DNA of 64,000 nucleotides, taken from NCBI GenBank assembly GCA_963841735.1, contig CAWJDT010000006.1:32940-96939 (forward strand), written 5' to 3'. The first letter of the stretch is position 1, and each line of letters opens with the position of its first letter. Shown here in pieces: positions 53,251 through 63,806 of the stretch. The stretch comes from an uncultured Actinomycetes bacterium. Its GTDB lineage: Bacteria; Actinomycetota; Thermoleophilia; RBG-16-64-13. The translations under genes and the position numbers were made by a program. Under the pieces are notes generated by a model that worked only from the letters and a program-made list of their open reading frames with translations, ran no database searches and was not told where the DNA came from.

Positions 53251-53784
53251 ATGACGTTCCAGCGAGTATGGCAAGCAGTACTCTCAGTCCTGACGCTCAG
53301 CTGCTTCTTCGCGCTCGAGTACATGCGTGGCATGAGCGTTCCTTCGTTAGCGCTGGTCATCTGCAGTTGGGTGACGGTGGTAGCCCCTGTGTTACTGGCC
53401 ATCTCGTGGGTAGTCAAGAGGCAATACGTACGCACACTCGTGCTGGCGGCGCTGGTCGTCGCGACAAGAATGAGCCTCGAAGACACTCTCAGCGAGTTTC
53501 TTCTGACCGCCGCGTGGTTCCTCACCGGGGCGATCGTTTTGGTGCTCATCATCGCACTGGTGCTGCGGTGGTGGCGGAAGGGCAAGGCCCAGGAACCAGC
53601 CGTGGTCCCGCAGGAAAGTGAGTCGGCGACGGCAGCGCCTCCAGTCGCACCACCGGCCGAAGAATCCGTGGTCACCGCTCACGAACCGGAGGTGGAGGAA
53701 GCTCCTTCATGCGGGAGTTGCGGAGCGGACCTCCCAAGTGACGGCGCGAGCTTCTGCCGCAAGTGCGGGGCGCAACTTGCCTAG
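53251..53784 (+). CDS. 4-TM protein with C-terminal zinc ribbon
   Basis: GAGGAG RBS; CGSCG..FCRKCG. Confidence 0.78.
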   Translation: MTFQRVWQAVLSVLTLSCFFALEYMRGMSVPSLALVICSWVTVVAPVLLAISWVVKRQYVRTLVLAALVVATRMSLEDTLSEFLLTAAWFLTGAIVLVLIIALVLRWWRKGKAQEPAVVPQESESATAAPPVAPPAEESVVTAHEPEVEEAPSCGSCGADLPSDGASFCRKCGAQLA

Positions 53785-53835
53785 GCCAATCCGATCGATC
53801 GATCCTTTCCAAGTTCCGTACGCAGGAGGTCAACA

Positions 53836-54651
53836 ATGAGAGGTTCGGGGGCTACTGACTTCGCACGCGATCATCGGTGGGCGCGCAAACCACATTGGCT
53901 CCTGCTGGTGGCCTGTTTGGTGCCCCTGCTGCTCCTGCCGACCGGCTGCGACACATCGATATACAGTCCCCCGGACCAGAGCACCACCATTCCTGTAACG
54001 ATCGCTCCAACGACGACCACGGGGCCCGAGACGACGACTACTGCAGTCGAAACGACCACCACTACCCTTACGCCGGCAACGACATCTTCGACCACCACCT
54101 CCGCACCAATCACCACGACCACAACCACCCCGGCTGTGGTCGCCCCGGGGACCGTGCTGTACGAGATCCACGACTGGTCAGGGAATTCGAGTTGGGCGTT
54201 GACCGGACAATGGAAGACTGTGACCCGCATGCTGGTGGCCGATGGAACCGAGATGTCCATAGCCATAGCCCCACTGCAGTTGGGCAACCGCCCAGATTAC
54301 GCCATGGAAGCCGAGATTCAAGCGGTCGGCGACGAAAGAAATCTCCGGTTCTATCTTGAGGCTAGGCTCATCAACGGAGTGGGCTACTGGGGCGGCCCTG
54401 GCCTGGAAAACGGCAACCGGTACATGAGAATCGGCTACGACCAGACGAGTATTGCACGAACAACTTTCTCCATCGACGGCGACTGGCACACATACCGCTT
54501 TGAGGTCAACGGCAATAATCTGAAACTGTTCTTCGACGGCGCCGAAGTAGCAAGGGCCATGGACAATCGTGTCCTTGAGGCCGGAACAGCGGGCATATAC
54601 TGCGCGGGTGGCCAGATCAATGTCCGCGCCTTCCGCGTGATCGCGCTGTAG
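53836..54651 (+). CDS. Lipoprotein with Thr-rich linker and concanavalin-like (DUF1080-type) domain
   Basis: AGGAGG RBS; PTGC lipobox; WHTYRFEVNGNNLKLFFDG, GTAGIY. Confidence 0.75.
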   Translation: MRGSGATDFARDHRWARKPHWLLLVACLVPLLLLPTGCDTSIYSPPDQSTTIPVTIAPTTTTGPETTTTAVETTTTTLTPATTSSTTTSAPITTTTTTPAVVAPGTVLYEIHDWSGNSSWALTGQWKTVTRMLVADGTEMSIAIAPLQLGNRPDYAMEAEIQAVGDERNLRFYLEARLINGVGYWGGPGLENGNRYMRIGYDQTSIARTTFSIDGDWHTYRFEVNGNNLKLFFDGAEVARAMDNRVLEAGTAGIYCAGGQINVRAFRVIAL

Positions 54652-54685
54652 CGTCGGCTGCAATCGACCATCTGAGGGGGAGTAG

Positions 54686-55607
54686 ATGACCTACTGCGGC
54701 GACTGCGGAGCGCAAGCCCGCGAAGACCAGCACTTCTGCCGCAGCTGTGGGCGACCTCTTGGCCAGGAGGGGGCGCCGATACCCCACGGCCCGGCGCCAC
54801 ACGGTGGGGCTTCTCCCCCGGAAGCAGGCTGCCTCATGGGCGCCGGCGCTCGTGTCCGAAAGGGCAGAGGCCGAATGTGGCTTTGGCTGACGCTGGGTGG
54901 TCTGGTGTTGGCCGCGGCCCTCGGCCTTATCCTCGGCCTTGTGGTATTCGAAGGTGGGAACGGACCCGCCCCCACCCCTGAGGAGACGGTGAGACGAGCG
55001 CTGGACGCTGCGCAGAGAGGGGACGTCGAGTCTCTCTTCTCGCTTCTCTCGCCCACTCTAAAACAGGACATCGCCGATCGATTTGATGGCCCGGACTTTG
55101 AGAGCGTCAAGAGCGAGGTGAGCCAGTACTTGAGCGCGCGGTTCTCGGTGGAGTTCTTCGATGTAAGGCTCATCCCCCAGCATCCCAATGGGTCGACCGC
55201 GGTTGTTGCAGTCGTCGCGGGCAGGGCAGTGGTGAGGGACACCCCGGACGGATATTTCAGCGGCAGCTACGACATCCACGACGAAGGAGTTTCGCACTTC
55301 TATCTCGTCGAAAGCGAGGGGTCCTGGTATCTGGATGACTTCGACCAGTACTCGAGAGTCATCGGTTACCCAGGAACTCGTCGGCAAGTGGCAGGACGCG
55401 GACGGCATGATCACCGAGTTCACATCGGACGGCAGGCTGATCAGTGACGAGTTCGACATCGAGATCACCTACACGATCGACGAAGACACGCTCAACATGA
55501 GCATGATGGGGATGGACTTCCCGATGCGTTTCACCCTCGACGGCGATACCCTCCAAATCACCGATCCGGGAACGGGAGACATACAAACCCTCACCCGCGT
55601 CAGGTAG
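54686..55607 (+). CDS. N-terminal zinc ribbon, TM and extracytoplasmic domains; probable frameshift near 55350-55370
   Basis: MTYCGDCG..FCRSCG; TPEETV...EGSWYL; the next frame gives ELVGKWQD...TLTRVR. Could instead be two genes. Confidence 0.7.
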
Positions 55608-55781
55608 GTCGCTTTCGGAAGAGAAGATGCTCCCGCCAAGGCGAATCTCGGTGAGAAGAGGGGCGAGGACGCAACGTCCGGCCCTGATCGCGTGAGCGGC
55701 CACCCGGGACAGTAGCGAGGGGACCACGACGACGACCGACACCTGGTGGTATGAGAGTGCCGCCGGGTTCTGAGCGGCTCC

Positions 55782-56585
55782 CTAGCCCACGGTGAACCGA
55801 GCGATGCCGGCTCCCCAAGTCCCCAGCACCACGCCCGCCACCACCACGATGACGGTCGCCAGGAAGAGCCAATCGGCACGCCCCACGACCATACGCTCCC
55901 GATAGGTGCGGCCCGGCAGAGCCCCGAAGGCCCGCGCGTCCATGGCCATGGCCACCCTTCCGGCCTTGCGGATGGCCCCGGTAAGCAGCGGTAGGGCATA
56001 GCGGCGAGAGCGAGTCCACGGGTGCAGAATGCCCCGTGCCTCCCTGACCCCCCGCACCCTCTGCGCCGCCCGGATGGTCAGATAGTCGTTCTGGAGCAAG
56101 GGAAGCATGCGATAGCCCACCATCGTCCCAAAGGCCACGCGGTAGTTCAGATGGAGCTGATGCACCAAGCTGATGATCAGGCGCTGAGGTTCGGTGGTCT
56201 TGATGAACACAAGGGAAAGCAGTGCGAATGCCAGCAGCCGGAACCAAAGGGTCCCCGCCGCCCACAGGGCTGGACCGGTGATCTTGAGCGAACCCAGGTG
56301 GACCAATACCTCGGCAGCCGCGTTCTGCTTGTTGAAGAGAATGTTGGCCAAAAGGATGGCCACCCCAGCCACAAGGAAGATCCAAAGGGGCTTGAGTTGA
56401 GTGCTCAGGCTGAGACCACCCAGAACGCAGCCGGCCAGCAGGGTAAGAACGAAGATCACGGCCGGCGTCAACGGATCGAAGATGAAGGTCAGGGCCAGGG
56501 CGGCTAGGGCGACGGCCAGGAGCTTCATACAGGGATTGCGGCGCCCGAGATAGCCCCGGCAGCCGGCGGCCGCGCGCGCGCTCAC
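55782..56585 (-). CDS. ykoC: ECF transporter T component (YkoC-like)
   Basis: RRNPCMKL, AQRVRG, AMDARAF; GTG overlaps the true ATPase stop. Confidence 0.82.
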   Translation of the reverse strand: MSARAAAGCRGYLGRRNPCMKLLAVALAALALTFIFDPLTPAVIFVLTLLAGCVLGGLSLSTQLKPLWIFLVAGVAILLANILFNKQNAAAEVLVHLGSLKITGPALWAAGTLWFRLLAFALLSLVFIKTTEPQRLIISLVHQLHLNYRVAFGTMVGYRMLPLLQNDYLTIRAAQRVRGVREARGILHPWTRSRRYALPLLTGAIRKAGRVAMAMDARAFGALPGRTYRERMVVGRADWLFLATVIVVVAGVVLGTWGAGIARFTVG

Positions 56586-58403
56586 CGGTCGCCCTCCCGA
56601 GGGGCAGGCCCTGCGGCCGCCCGGCCTGGGCCTCTGCCGGCCGCCCGGGTGAGACCCGCGATGGTGAGAAGGCCTCCTGGTGCTCCAACCAGTTGGTGCA
56701 GCCCCACAGCCACGCGCCCCAGGGCCGGGACCGCCAGACCGGCCGCGGCCACAAGATCGGGTCGTGAGAAGAAGCCTGCCGGATCGCCCCGAATACAACG
56801 CCCGGCCTTCGGCCAGCACCAACAACGAGTCCGCGTACTCGGCGACCAAACGCATGTCGTGCGTGATCATAGCCACGGTGCCTCCCCCGGCCCGGAACGC
56901 CTGCATCATGGCCATAAGCCGGGCGGCCTGCTCCTCGTCCTGCCCCAGGGTGGGCTCGTCGAGTAAGAGGAGCGACTGGCCCCGGATGAGCATGGCCGCG
57001 ACACTCAGCCGGCGCTTCTGACCGTGACTGAGGGTAAACGGGTTGGCTTCGGCCAGAGGCAGCAGCCCAAGCCGTTCGAGCCAGGCGTCGGCCCTATCCC
57101 GCTGCTCGGCGGTGAGATGCCGGGCACCCTTGCGGCCCGCTTTCGGACAAAGGCTGAAGGCAAGCTCCCCGAGCACCGTGTCGCTGACGAACTGATGCTC
57201 CGGATTTTGGAAGACATGGCCCACCCGCTCGCTGAGTGCAGCCGCGGACATCGCGGTAAGGTCATTGCCCTCCAGCCGCACCGTGCCCGGCGGCGGCTCC
57301 AGAACTCCCGTCAACAGCGAAGCGAGGGTGCTCTTGCCGGCACCGTTGGCCCCCACGATAGCCAGGAAGGCGCCGCGCCGCACGGCGAACGAGACGTCGG
57401 AGAGAGCACTGCGTCCCGCCGGACTGCCGGGATAGCGGTAGCTCAGCCCGGTGGCGGATATCAGCGCTTCGGCCTGAGTAATGGAGCCGGCCGGCACGGC
57501 GACGGCGCGCCCCATTCTCTCGCCCAGACCTGGAGTGGCCACCAGCGCCGCGACGGTCTCGTCTACCGAGAGAGGGCTTCCCGGCACACCCCAGCCCGTC
57601 TCGCGCAGGGCGTTCACCAACTCGACGGTCTGCGGACGCCACACCCCAGCGGCGGACAAGGCCACGCCCTGCTCGTAGAAGGCCGTCCGGGGGTCTCCTC
57701 GATACAGCACCCGGCCGCCCGAGGTGAGCGCCAGGACACTGCCCACCCAGTCTATGATCTCGTCCAGCTTGTGTTCGATAATGACTATGGTGTGCCGCCC
57801 GTCGCGAGCCAGTTGCCGCAGCAGTCCGAACAGCTCGGAGGTGGCCTGTGGGTCAAGGTTGGCCGAAGGCTCATCCAAAACCAGCACGCGAGGCCCCATG
57901 GCCAGCACGGCAGCCAAAGCAACGCGCTGTTTCTCGCCGCCTGATAGCTCGCTCAGCATCCGCTCCCGGTACCCGGCGAGCCTCACCGAGACAAGAGACT
58001 TGTCGATGGCGGCCTCGATCTCCTCAGGGGAGCGGCGCAGGTTCTCCAGACCGAAGGCTATCTCGTCCTCCACCGTGAGGGTGCAGAACTGCGCGTCGGG
58101 ATCCTGGAACACCAGGCCGGCCTCCTGCGCCAACAGATGCACCGGACTGTCCTTCGTCACCAGACCGGCGACGGCCACGCTACCTGAGTAGTCGCCCTCT
58201 ACAACGTGGGGGATCAGGCCATCCAGGCATAGGGTAAGCGTGCTCTTGCCCGATCCGCTCGGGCCGAGCACCAGCAAGGTCTCCCCCGGGCTGACCGCAA
58301 ACGACACATCCGCCAGCGCGGGCTTGAGACGAGTAGCGTAGGTGAAAGAAAGCCCGGCGACCTCTATCGCGGCAGCACGAACGGGTGCGACAACGTGGTT
58401 CAG
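56582..58403 (-). CDS. ykoD: ECF dual ABC ATPase (YkoD-like); frameshift near 56788; CUG start inferred
   Basis: GPSGSGKS/LSGGEKQR and GANGAGKS/LSHGQKRR; the shifted frame ends at TGA 56582-56584. Confidence 0.85.
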
Positions 58404-59074
58404 ACGCGCCTCACCTTTCCCCGGGAGATCTCAAGTCCTGAGAGCACTCCGGTCTTGACCAGAGCTTCTCCCAGTACCTGGGACAGAACACCACCCAAGA
58501 TCACCGAGCTGGCCACGCAAAGGATGGCAGCCGCCAGGATGGCGCTCCAGCTGTAGGCCGCATAATAGCTCCACACGAAGATGTCCAGGACGATGCTGAA
58601 GAGCCCGGCGAGCGCAGCCGCTCCATAGAAGAACAGTCCGCTGCCCGCGCGCCAAACGGGGAGAGCAAGAGATATGCCGAAAACTCGCGGCTTCCTGAGC
58701 CGGAACTCGGCTCCCCGGAAATGCCTCCACATGCCCAGCCCGAATACCAGTTCCGCCCCCACGCCCTGTACGAGACCACTGGCCATGGTGGTGATGCCCC
58801 ATTTGTTGCCCAAGGCCATGCTTACGAAGGCGGCGACCAGCTCGCCAAACAGTGCCGCCCCGGGGCGGCGGATGACGTATGGGATCAACAGCCCCCCCAT
58901 CATCCAGAGGCCCACCAGCGCATAGGAGGAGGGGAACAGGTTGTCCATGCCGGTAGCCGTCCACAACATTCCCCAGGCCCAGAAGACCACCCCCACGGCA
59001 ACCGATAGCACCGCGGCCACCACCAGATCACGGGTGGTCCAGTCCTTGAAAGAAGCCAGCCTCCGCCAACTCAT
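58400..59074 (-). CDS. ykoE: ECF S component for thiamine/HMP (YkoE-like)
   Basis: WTTRDLVV, IRRPGAALFGE, GLVQGVGAE, ALVKTGVL. Confidence 0.88.
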   Translation of the reverse strand: MSWRRLASFKDWTTRDLVVAAVLSVAVGVVFWAWGMLWTATGMDNLFPSSYALVGLWMMGGLLIPYVIRRPGAALFGELVAAFVSMALGNKWGITTMASGLVQGVGAELVFGLGMWRHFRGAEFRLRKPRVFGISLALPVWRAGSGLFFYGAAALAGLFSIVLDIFVWSYYAAYSWSAILAAAILCVASSVILGGVLSQVLGEALVKTGVLSGLEISRGKVRRV

Positions 59075-59469
59075 CGTTCGCTCCCAACGGCCGCCGCGCC
59101 GCCGGCCGCCGAAGCCCCCGCGGCCGCCCCGGAAAGTGCGGCGCTGGGGGGAGTCGCGCCGGCGTCGACGTTGCCCTGGATCTCGCCCACCAGCTCGTCA
59201 CTGGGCAGGCCCGCGGCCAAGGTGGCGACCACCACCGCGGAGCCGTGGTGCTGCGCGGCGCGGAACGCCGCCCGCAGCGCCGCGAACACCTGGTCTTCAC
59301 TACCCGTGAGCAGCGTGCTCAGGTTGCCCACCCGGACGGAGCAGCCCTCGGCGCGCACCGCCTTGATGGCCTCGCGGATGGGCACGCCGATATCGTCCTG
59401 TCTGAGCGGGTAGACCGACAACTGGCAGCCCACGATGTCCGGGCTCAAATAGCCTGGTCCTTTTGACAT
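59071..59469 (-). CDS. YkoF-like thiamine/HMP-binding protein
   Basis: GCQLSVYPL, STLLTGSEDQVFAAL; operon context. Confidence 0.75.
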   Translation of the reverse strand: MSKGPGYLSPDIVGCQLSVYPLRQDDIGVPIREAIKAVRAEGCSVRVGNLSTLLTGSEDQVFAALRAAFRAAQHHGSAVVVATLAAGLPSDELVGEIQGNVDAGATPPSAALSGAAAGASAAGGAAAVGSER

Positions 59470-59475
59470 GTTCCT

Positions 59476-60114
59476 CTACCTTCCTCGATAGTGGATAACA
59501 AGAAGCACTCCTTCGCCATGGGTTACCCGAGCCTCGGTGCCAATCATGGCGTTGCTTACTCCGCGCGTGGCCGACCGAAAGAGAGGCTCTCCGGTCAGCG
59601 GATAGGCCAGCCCCTCGGTCCGCACGCTCTCGACCTTCGAGGCAAGCGGCAACAACGAGACCAGGTCTCCCTGACGTCCACCGAACACCACATCGCCCTT
59701 GGCCAAAAAGACCTCATGCAGGTCGTCTACCAAGCGCACTCCCACCCCAGCCAGCCAGTCCGCCGAAAGCAGCAGAAGGTTGCCGACCTGATGGTCTAGG
59801 CGCGGCCCCCCCAGTCCCCCAAAGATGGTTATGTCGGTCGCGCCCCGCTCGACTGCCATGCGCAGCGCTGCCTCTGTGTCGGTCTCGTTTTTGGCCGTAG
59901 GCAGCACGACCACTTCGACCCCCTGGGCTTCGAGCCCCTCTCGGGTGCCGGGGCCGATGGAGTCAAGGTCGCCTACGAGCAACCCGGGCACCACATCCAC
60001 TCTGGCAAGAGCATCAGCCCCGGTGTCCACCGCCACCAACAGGTCGGCGGCACGCAAAGATCCGGGATCTAGCTCTCCGGTCAGATTCGATCCCGCCACG
60101 ATGACAACGTGCAT
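59476..60114 (-). CDS. thiN: Thiamine pyrophosphokinase
   Basis: AVDTGA, VGDLDS, KNETD, GPRLDH, GVSN. Confidence 0.92.
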   Translation of the reverse strand: MHVVIVAGSNLTGELDPGSLRAADLLVAVDTGADALARVDVVPGLLVGDLDSIGPGTREGLEAQGVEVVVLPTAKNETDTEAALRMAVERGATDITIFGGLGGPRLDHQVGNLLLLSADWLAGVGVRLVDDLHEVFLAKGDVVFGGRQGDLVSLLPLASKVESVRTEGLAYPLTGEPLFRSATRGVSNAMIGTEARVTHGEGVLLVIHYRGR

Positions 60115-60219
60115 GGTCGACTCCTCGTTCAAGCATGGGGAGAGCTGAGACCACCGGTGCGCACACCGAGGCCGCGCCGCAAGACGGTCAGAAGACGACT
60201 GGGCTGGAACAGATCACCG

Positions 60220-60304
60220 TAACTTCCCTTCGCTGGCATTACCCAGATCAGGTTCGTAGGGTCTGTGGCAAGGCCACACTCTCAGCTAAACGCTCCCCTA
60301 GCAA
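60220..60304 (-). promoter_or_regulatory. TPP riboswitch
   Basis: GGGGAGC...GCTGAGA...ACCC..GAACCTGATCTGGGTAATGCCAGCGAAGGGAA. Confidence 0.95.
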
Positions 60305-60536
60305 GGTATGTCGGATACGCAGAGATTATAACATCGCCGTCCGGCCGGACTGACCCAGCCACCCTTCGCCCCCGCGCGCCGGCGGCCGAACAGAGCCGGT
60401 GACAGGTGTATAATAACGCCGCTTTTCCCGGTTACTCGTGGTGCGGCCAGATTCAGTCTGGCCCCTCTAGTGCGATCGACGTGCCCGCCGACCGTCGCCA
60501 CGTCACCGACGCCGACAACATGACCCGCACGTATGG

Positions 60537-61172
60537 ATGGGAGTGATCGTGCCTGCTGAAAACGCCGCCCACGAAAAGGGCCAGAACCCGGGCCATGCCG
60601 GGGACAAGCTCACGGAGATCCGCTGGCATGCCAGAGGTGGCCAGGGTGCCGTCACCGCGGCAAAGATGGTGGCCGAGCTTGCGTTGGGCCAGGGCAAGTA
60701 TTTCCAGGCCTTCCCGGAATACGGGCCCGAGCGTTCCGGGGCTCCCATCGTCGCCTTCACCCGCGTGAGTGACGATCCCATCCAGCTGTACTGCGGCGTG
60801 GAGCACCCTGGCATCGTGGTGGTGCTCGACGCATCGCTCCTTGGCGCTATCGACGTCACCCACGGCGCGCCTGAGGACGCGATAGTGCTGGTAAACAGCG
60901 AGATGTCGCCGGCTGAGCTACGCAAGAGCCACGGGCTCGAGCGCGGCCGCCTGTTCACCATCGCCGCCACCCGCATCGCGAACGAGACAATAAGGCGGCC
61001 CATCCCCAACACTCCCATGGTGGGGGCGCTGACACGCATCACTGGGCTATTCCCAATTGAGAAGGTAGTCGAATTCCTGCGGTACGAATTCGGGAAGAAA
61101 TTCCCCCCCAAGGTGGTCGAAGGCAACATCTTGGCCATTACGCGCGCCTACGAGGAGGTCCAGAGCGAGTGA
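60537..61172 (+). CDS. porG: Pyruvate/2-oxoacid:ferredoxin oxidoreductase gamma subunit
   Basis: EIRWHARGGQGAVT, FPEYGPERSGAP, PNTPMVGA. Confidence 0.93.
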   Translation: MGVIVPAENAAHEKGQNPGHAGDKLTEIRWHARGGQGAVTAAKMVAELALGQGKYFQAFPEYGPERSGAPIVAFTRVSDDPIQLYCGVEHPGIVVVLDASLLGAIDVTHGAPEDAIVLVNSEMSPAELRKSHGLERGRLFTIAATRIANETIRRPIPNTPMVGALTRITGLFPIEKVVEFLRYEFGKKFPPKVVEGNILAITRAYEEVQSE

Positions 61173-61492
61173 GCGCCGTCGAGAAGCGCAAGTGGGACAT
61201 AAGCGATGTCGATAACTGGGGCCCCGACAAGCACCAGTTGGGGGCGACAATCCCCACGTCGGGCAACTCGGAGGATTTCGAGACAGGCGGCTGGCGGTCG
61301 CTGGTCCCAACCATCGATTCGGCCAAGTGCACCGGGTGCATGCTGTGCTACTTCTACTGCCCCGACGCCTCCATCATCATCGAGGACGGCAAAGCAGTGG
61401 GTATCGATCTCAAGCACTGCAAGGGCTGTGGCATCTGCTCCAAGGAATGCCCGGCGGCTGCCATCACTATGAAGACCGAAGAGAAGGAGTGA
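61169..61492 (+). CDS. porD: 2-oxoacid:ferredoxin oxidoreductase delta subunit, 2x[4Fe-4S]
   Basis: TGGWRS, CTGCMLCYFYCP, CKGCGICSKECP. Confidence 0.93.
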   Translation: MSAVEKRKWDISDVDNWGPDKHQLGATIPTSGNSEDFETGGWRSLVPTIDSAKCTGCMLCYFYCPDASIIIEDGKAVGIDLKHCKGCGICSKECPAAAITMKTEEKE

Positions 61493-61496
61493 CGAG

Positions 61497-61592
61497 GTGA
61501 GCGGACAGACTACCGGCACGCTCGCCGTCACCGGGAACGAAGCCGTCGCGGAAGCGATGCGCCAAATCAATCCCGATGTGGTGTGCGCCTAG
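61497..61592 (+). pseudogene. porA: Oxidoreductase alpha subunit, cut after 31 codons at the junction
   Basis: TGNEAVAEAMRQINPDVVCA, then stops where YPITP should follow. Confidence 0.85.
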
Positions 61593-61674
61593 CCGGAGTA
61601 TTTTTGGAGCCTTTGGTGGTGAGGCAGGAGCAGATGAGGAGGGATATCAGGCAGATTGACAGGGTTTTCTTCAT
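61592..61674 (-). pseudogene. Lipoprotein N-terminus cut at the same junction
   Basis: MKKTLSICLISLLICSC signal peptide reading toward the junction. Confidence 0.55.
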
Positions 61675-61705
61675 AATTCCGCGACAATTACTTATGTCCG
61701 CGCCA

Positions 61706-61912
61706 CCTCTCACCCTAACCCTCTCCCCTCGAGGCTTATCATTACCCACAAGTGTAGGAGCTACAGTTAAGGTTTTCGGAACTTGTTGATATATGGCCAT
61801 TTTATACCCCCTCACCCTAACCCTCTCCCCCAAGGGGGAGAGGGGACTAAAGGAAGAATATCAATAGGATATTAAGTTGTGGGTAATGGATAGCTCCTCG
61901 AGGGGAGAGGGG
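61706..61912. mobile_element. REP-like palindrome interrupted by a ~160-bp MITE that carries another copy of it
   Basis: CTCACCCTAACCCTCTCCCC units; inverted ends GCTTATCATTACCCACAA / TTGTGGGTAATGGATAGC; CCTCGAG duplicated on both flanks. Confidence 0.65.
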
Positions 61913-62067
61913 ATAATAACTGGAAAGACGTTTAATAATTAATAGAGGTATCACCTTCTCCCCTGAGGACATACCTGGTTTCATGGTTTGTCTCCAATAC
62001 TAATAAATGGCCGCTTCCGGCCCGCTCGCAGCACTCCCATGGATTAGACCCGTGTTGAGATAATCTT

Positions 62068-63190
62068 TCATGGGTTTGGGCCGGTTTTTGAGGTTCCTGG
62101 GGAGTGTAGATTACCATTCTTGGCTTCCAATATCTTTTCCATTGTCTGGGGCGATAATAGCGCCTGGGTGGTGACGGTATCGATCTGATCGAGATCGGCC
62201 TCGCTTATGAGTGTTTGGGCTTGGGCCGGATTGGTTTTGCCGGGCGCGGATTTTCCTGGTAACCCTCTAGTCGGGGTCACGGTGGGGATTGAGTCCTCGG
62301 CCGCCGGGTTCATCCCGGCTTGAGGTGGAGAATAGGAGGCCGGTTGAACTACCATTTGTACTTCCTCAACTGTAACCTGGGCTGCTTGAGGAAATTTTCC
62401 CGGCGTTCTAAGTGCTTTCGCAGGTTGCACCGGGTTTGGCTCCAGGTCTGAGGCAACCTGGAGAGACGGTTGGTTGGCAGCCGGAATCTTTTCACTCCGG
62501 GCTAGTTCTGCCGGCAGGACCCGTTTTTCCCGCTTGTCTTCAGAGTGGTTACGGGCTACTGGTATCTGCGGAGTGATGGCGTTAGGGGAGATGGTTGCCG
62601 TTTTCTCCAGATTTGCCTAAATAGGCTAAAACCTGGGTCAATTTTTCCCGAGCTGACATATCCCCGTCGGTTTTTTGCCAGAGACTCAAGGCCTTATTTT
62701 CGTGGCCCTGGCGACACCAGAGCAGGCCCAAGTTGTTTTGAGCCACGGTATTTTTGGGTCCTTGGCTAGAACTGCTTGAAATACTGTTTCCGCCTTGACC
62801 AGATCACCGGACAGATAATACGAATACCCCAAATTGTTCCTGGCCGGGGTATTGCCGGCCTCCTGGACCAAGATTTTCTCATACATCTCCTGGGCCTTGG
62901 CATACTCCCCCAACCGGTCGTAGCAGCTTCCCAAGGCATTGAGCAGTCTGACATTGTGAGGATCTACGGCAACGGCCTGGTTAAGCTCTTTCAGGGCCAG
63001 ATCAAAGCGACCCACGAGCTGATAATATTGGGCGGAACGCCAAGCCCGCTCTTCCTCGGGATTAGCATTTTTCAAGAAGGGATGAAAAGAATTTTTCCTG
63101 CATTTTAAGGGAGGGAGAGACTGCGTGTTGGCAGCCGCTTCCCATCACCAACAGACTAGAACCTAAGACCAGCGCTGTGATGGAGTTCAT
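62068..63190 (-). CDS. TPR lipoprotein (TadD-like), several frameshifts; boundaries approximate
   Basis: Signal peptide ...MGSGC from ATG 63190; LNALGSCYDRLG, ARNNLGYSYYLSG; Pro-rich continuation. Confidence 0.6.
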
Positions 63191-63260
63191 AGCATTTCCC
63201 CAACTTTTAAGTGGTGTCCCTAAAATCAAAATTTCTTTCTAGGAGAAGCTTGGAACTTAT

Positions 63261-63391
63261 GAGCATCTTGCAAAATAGCTGTTTTTGTCATCCTAAACGT
63301 GGTGAAGGACTTATCTCTGATTGAAAAGACTAGATTCTTCGCTACGCTCAGAATGACAATTAGGGGTTAAGGTGACTTTTGCAACAACCTC
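63261..63391. repeat. Nested inverted-repeat element (MITE/REP-like)
   Basis: Outer TTGCAAAA/TTTTGCAA; inner TGTCATCC...GAAGGA / TTCTTCGCTACGCTCAGAATGACA. Confidence 0.6.
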
Positions 63392-63409
63392 GTATCTTTG
63401 ACTTATTTC

Positions 63410-63679
63410 TTATTTACCGCCGCCGACATTAATAAAAGTTCCCGGCTTCTCTTCAGTCTTTTTCCGTTCAAAGCTCTTGGCATAGCCTTCCATGACGGTC
63501 TTGGCTGATGTGGGGTCCATGCCGGTGGCGGGAGTTTGTACTAAGGCGGCATCGGGATTGGCAATCTGCACGGCTTCATTAAACGCCCAGGAGTTGCCGT
63601 AATCCCGCTCCAGGGCCGTTGGACCGGAACAGCCGGCGGCACCTAGGAGGATGAGACAGAGAAACGTGAAGATCCTCAT
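63410..63679 (-). CDS. Small lipoprotein of the type found in Tad/Flp pilus loci
   Basis: AAGC lipobox; LERDYGNS...QIANPDA...GMD...YAKSF; AGGGAA RBS. Confidence 0.65.
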   Translation of the reverse strand: MRIFTFLCLILLGAAGCSGPTALERDYGNSWAFNEAVQIANPDAALVQTPATGMDPTSAKTVMEGYAKSFERKKTEEKPGTFINVGGGK

Positions 63680-63806
63680 CACTGTAACTTCCCTATAATT
63701 TTTAGAATAAATTTCCAGAAACATGATACATCCTCGCACCAGGTATTCCCTCCTCACCCCAACCCTCAATGGTGTGGAATTAAGAAAGTAGTGAAATGGA
63801 AACTAT

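Noticed and set aside
55782-58307. 841-aa ATPase-permease fusion in the ORF track
   Set aside because: Removing one base near 56788 gives a normal ATPase ending in a TGA that overlaps the ykoC GTG; the linker in the fused frame looks like off-frame sequence.
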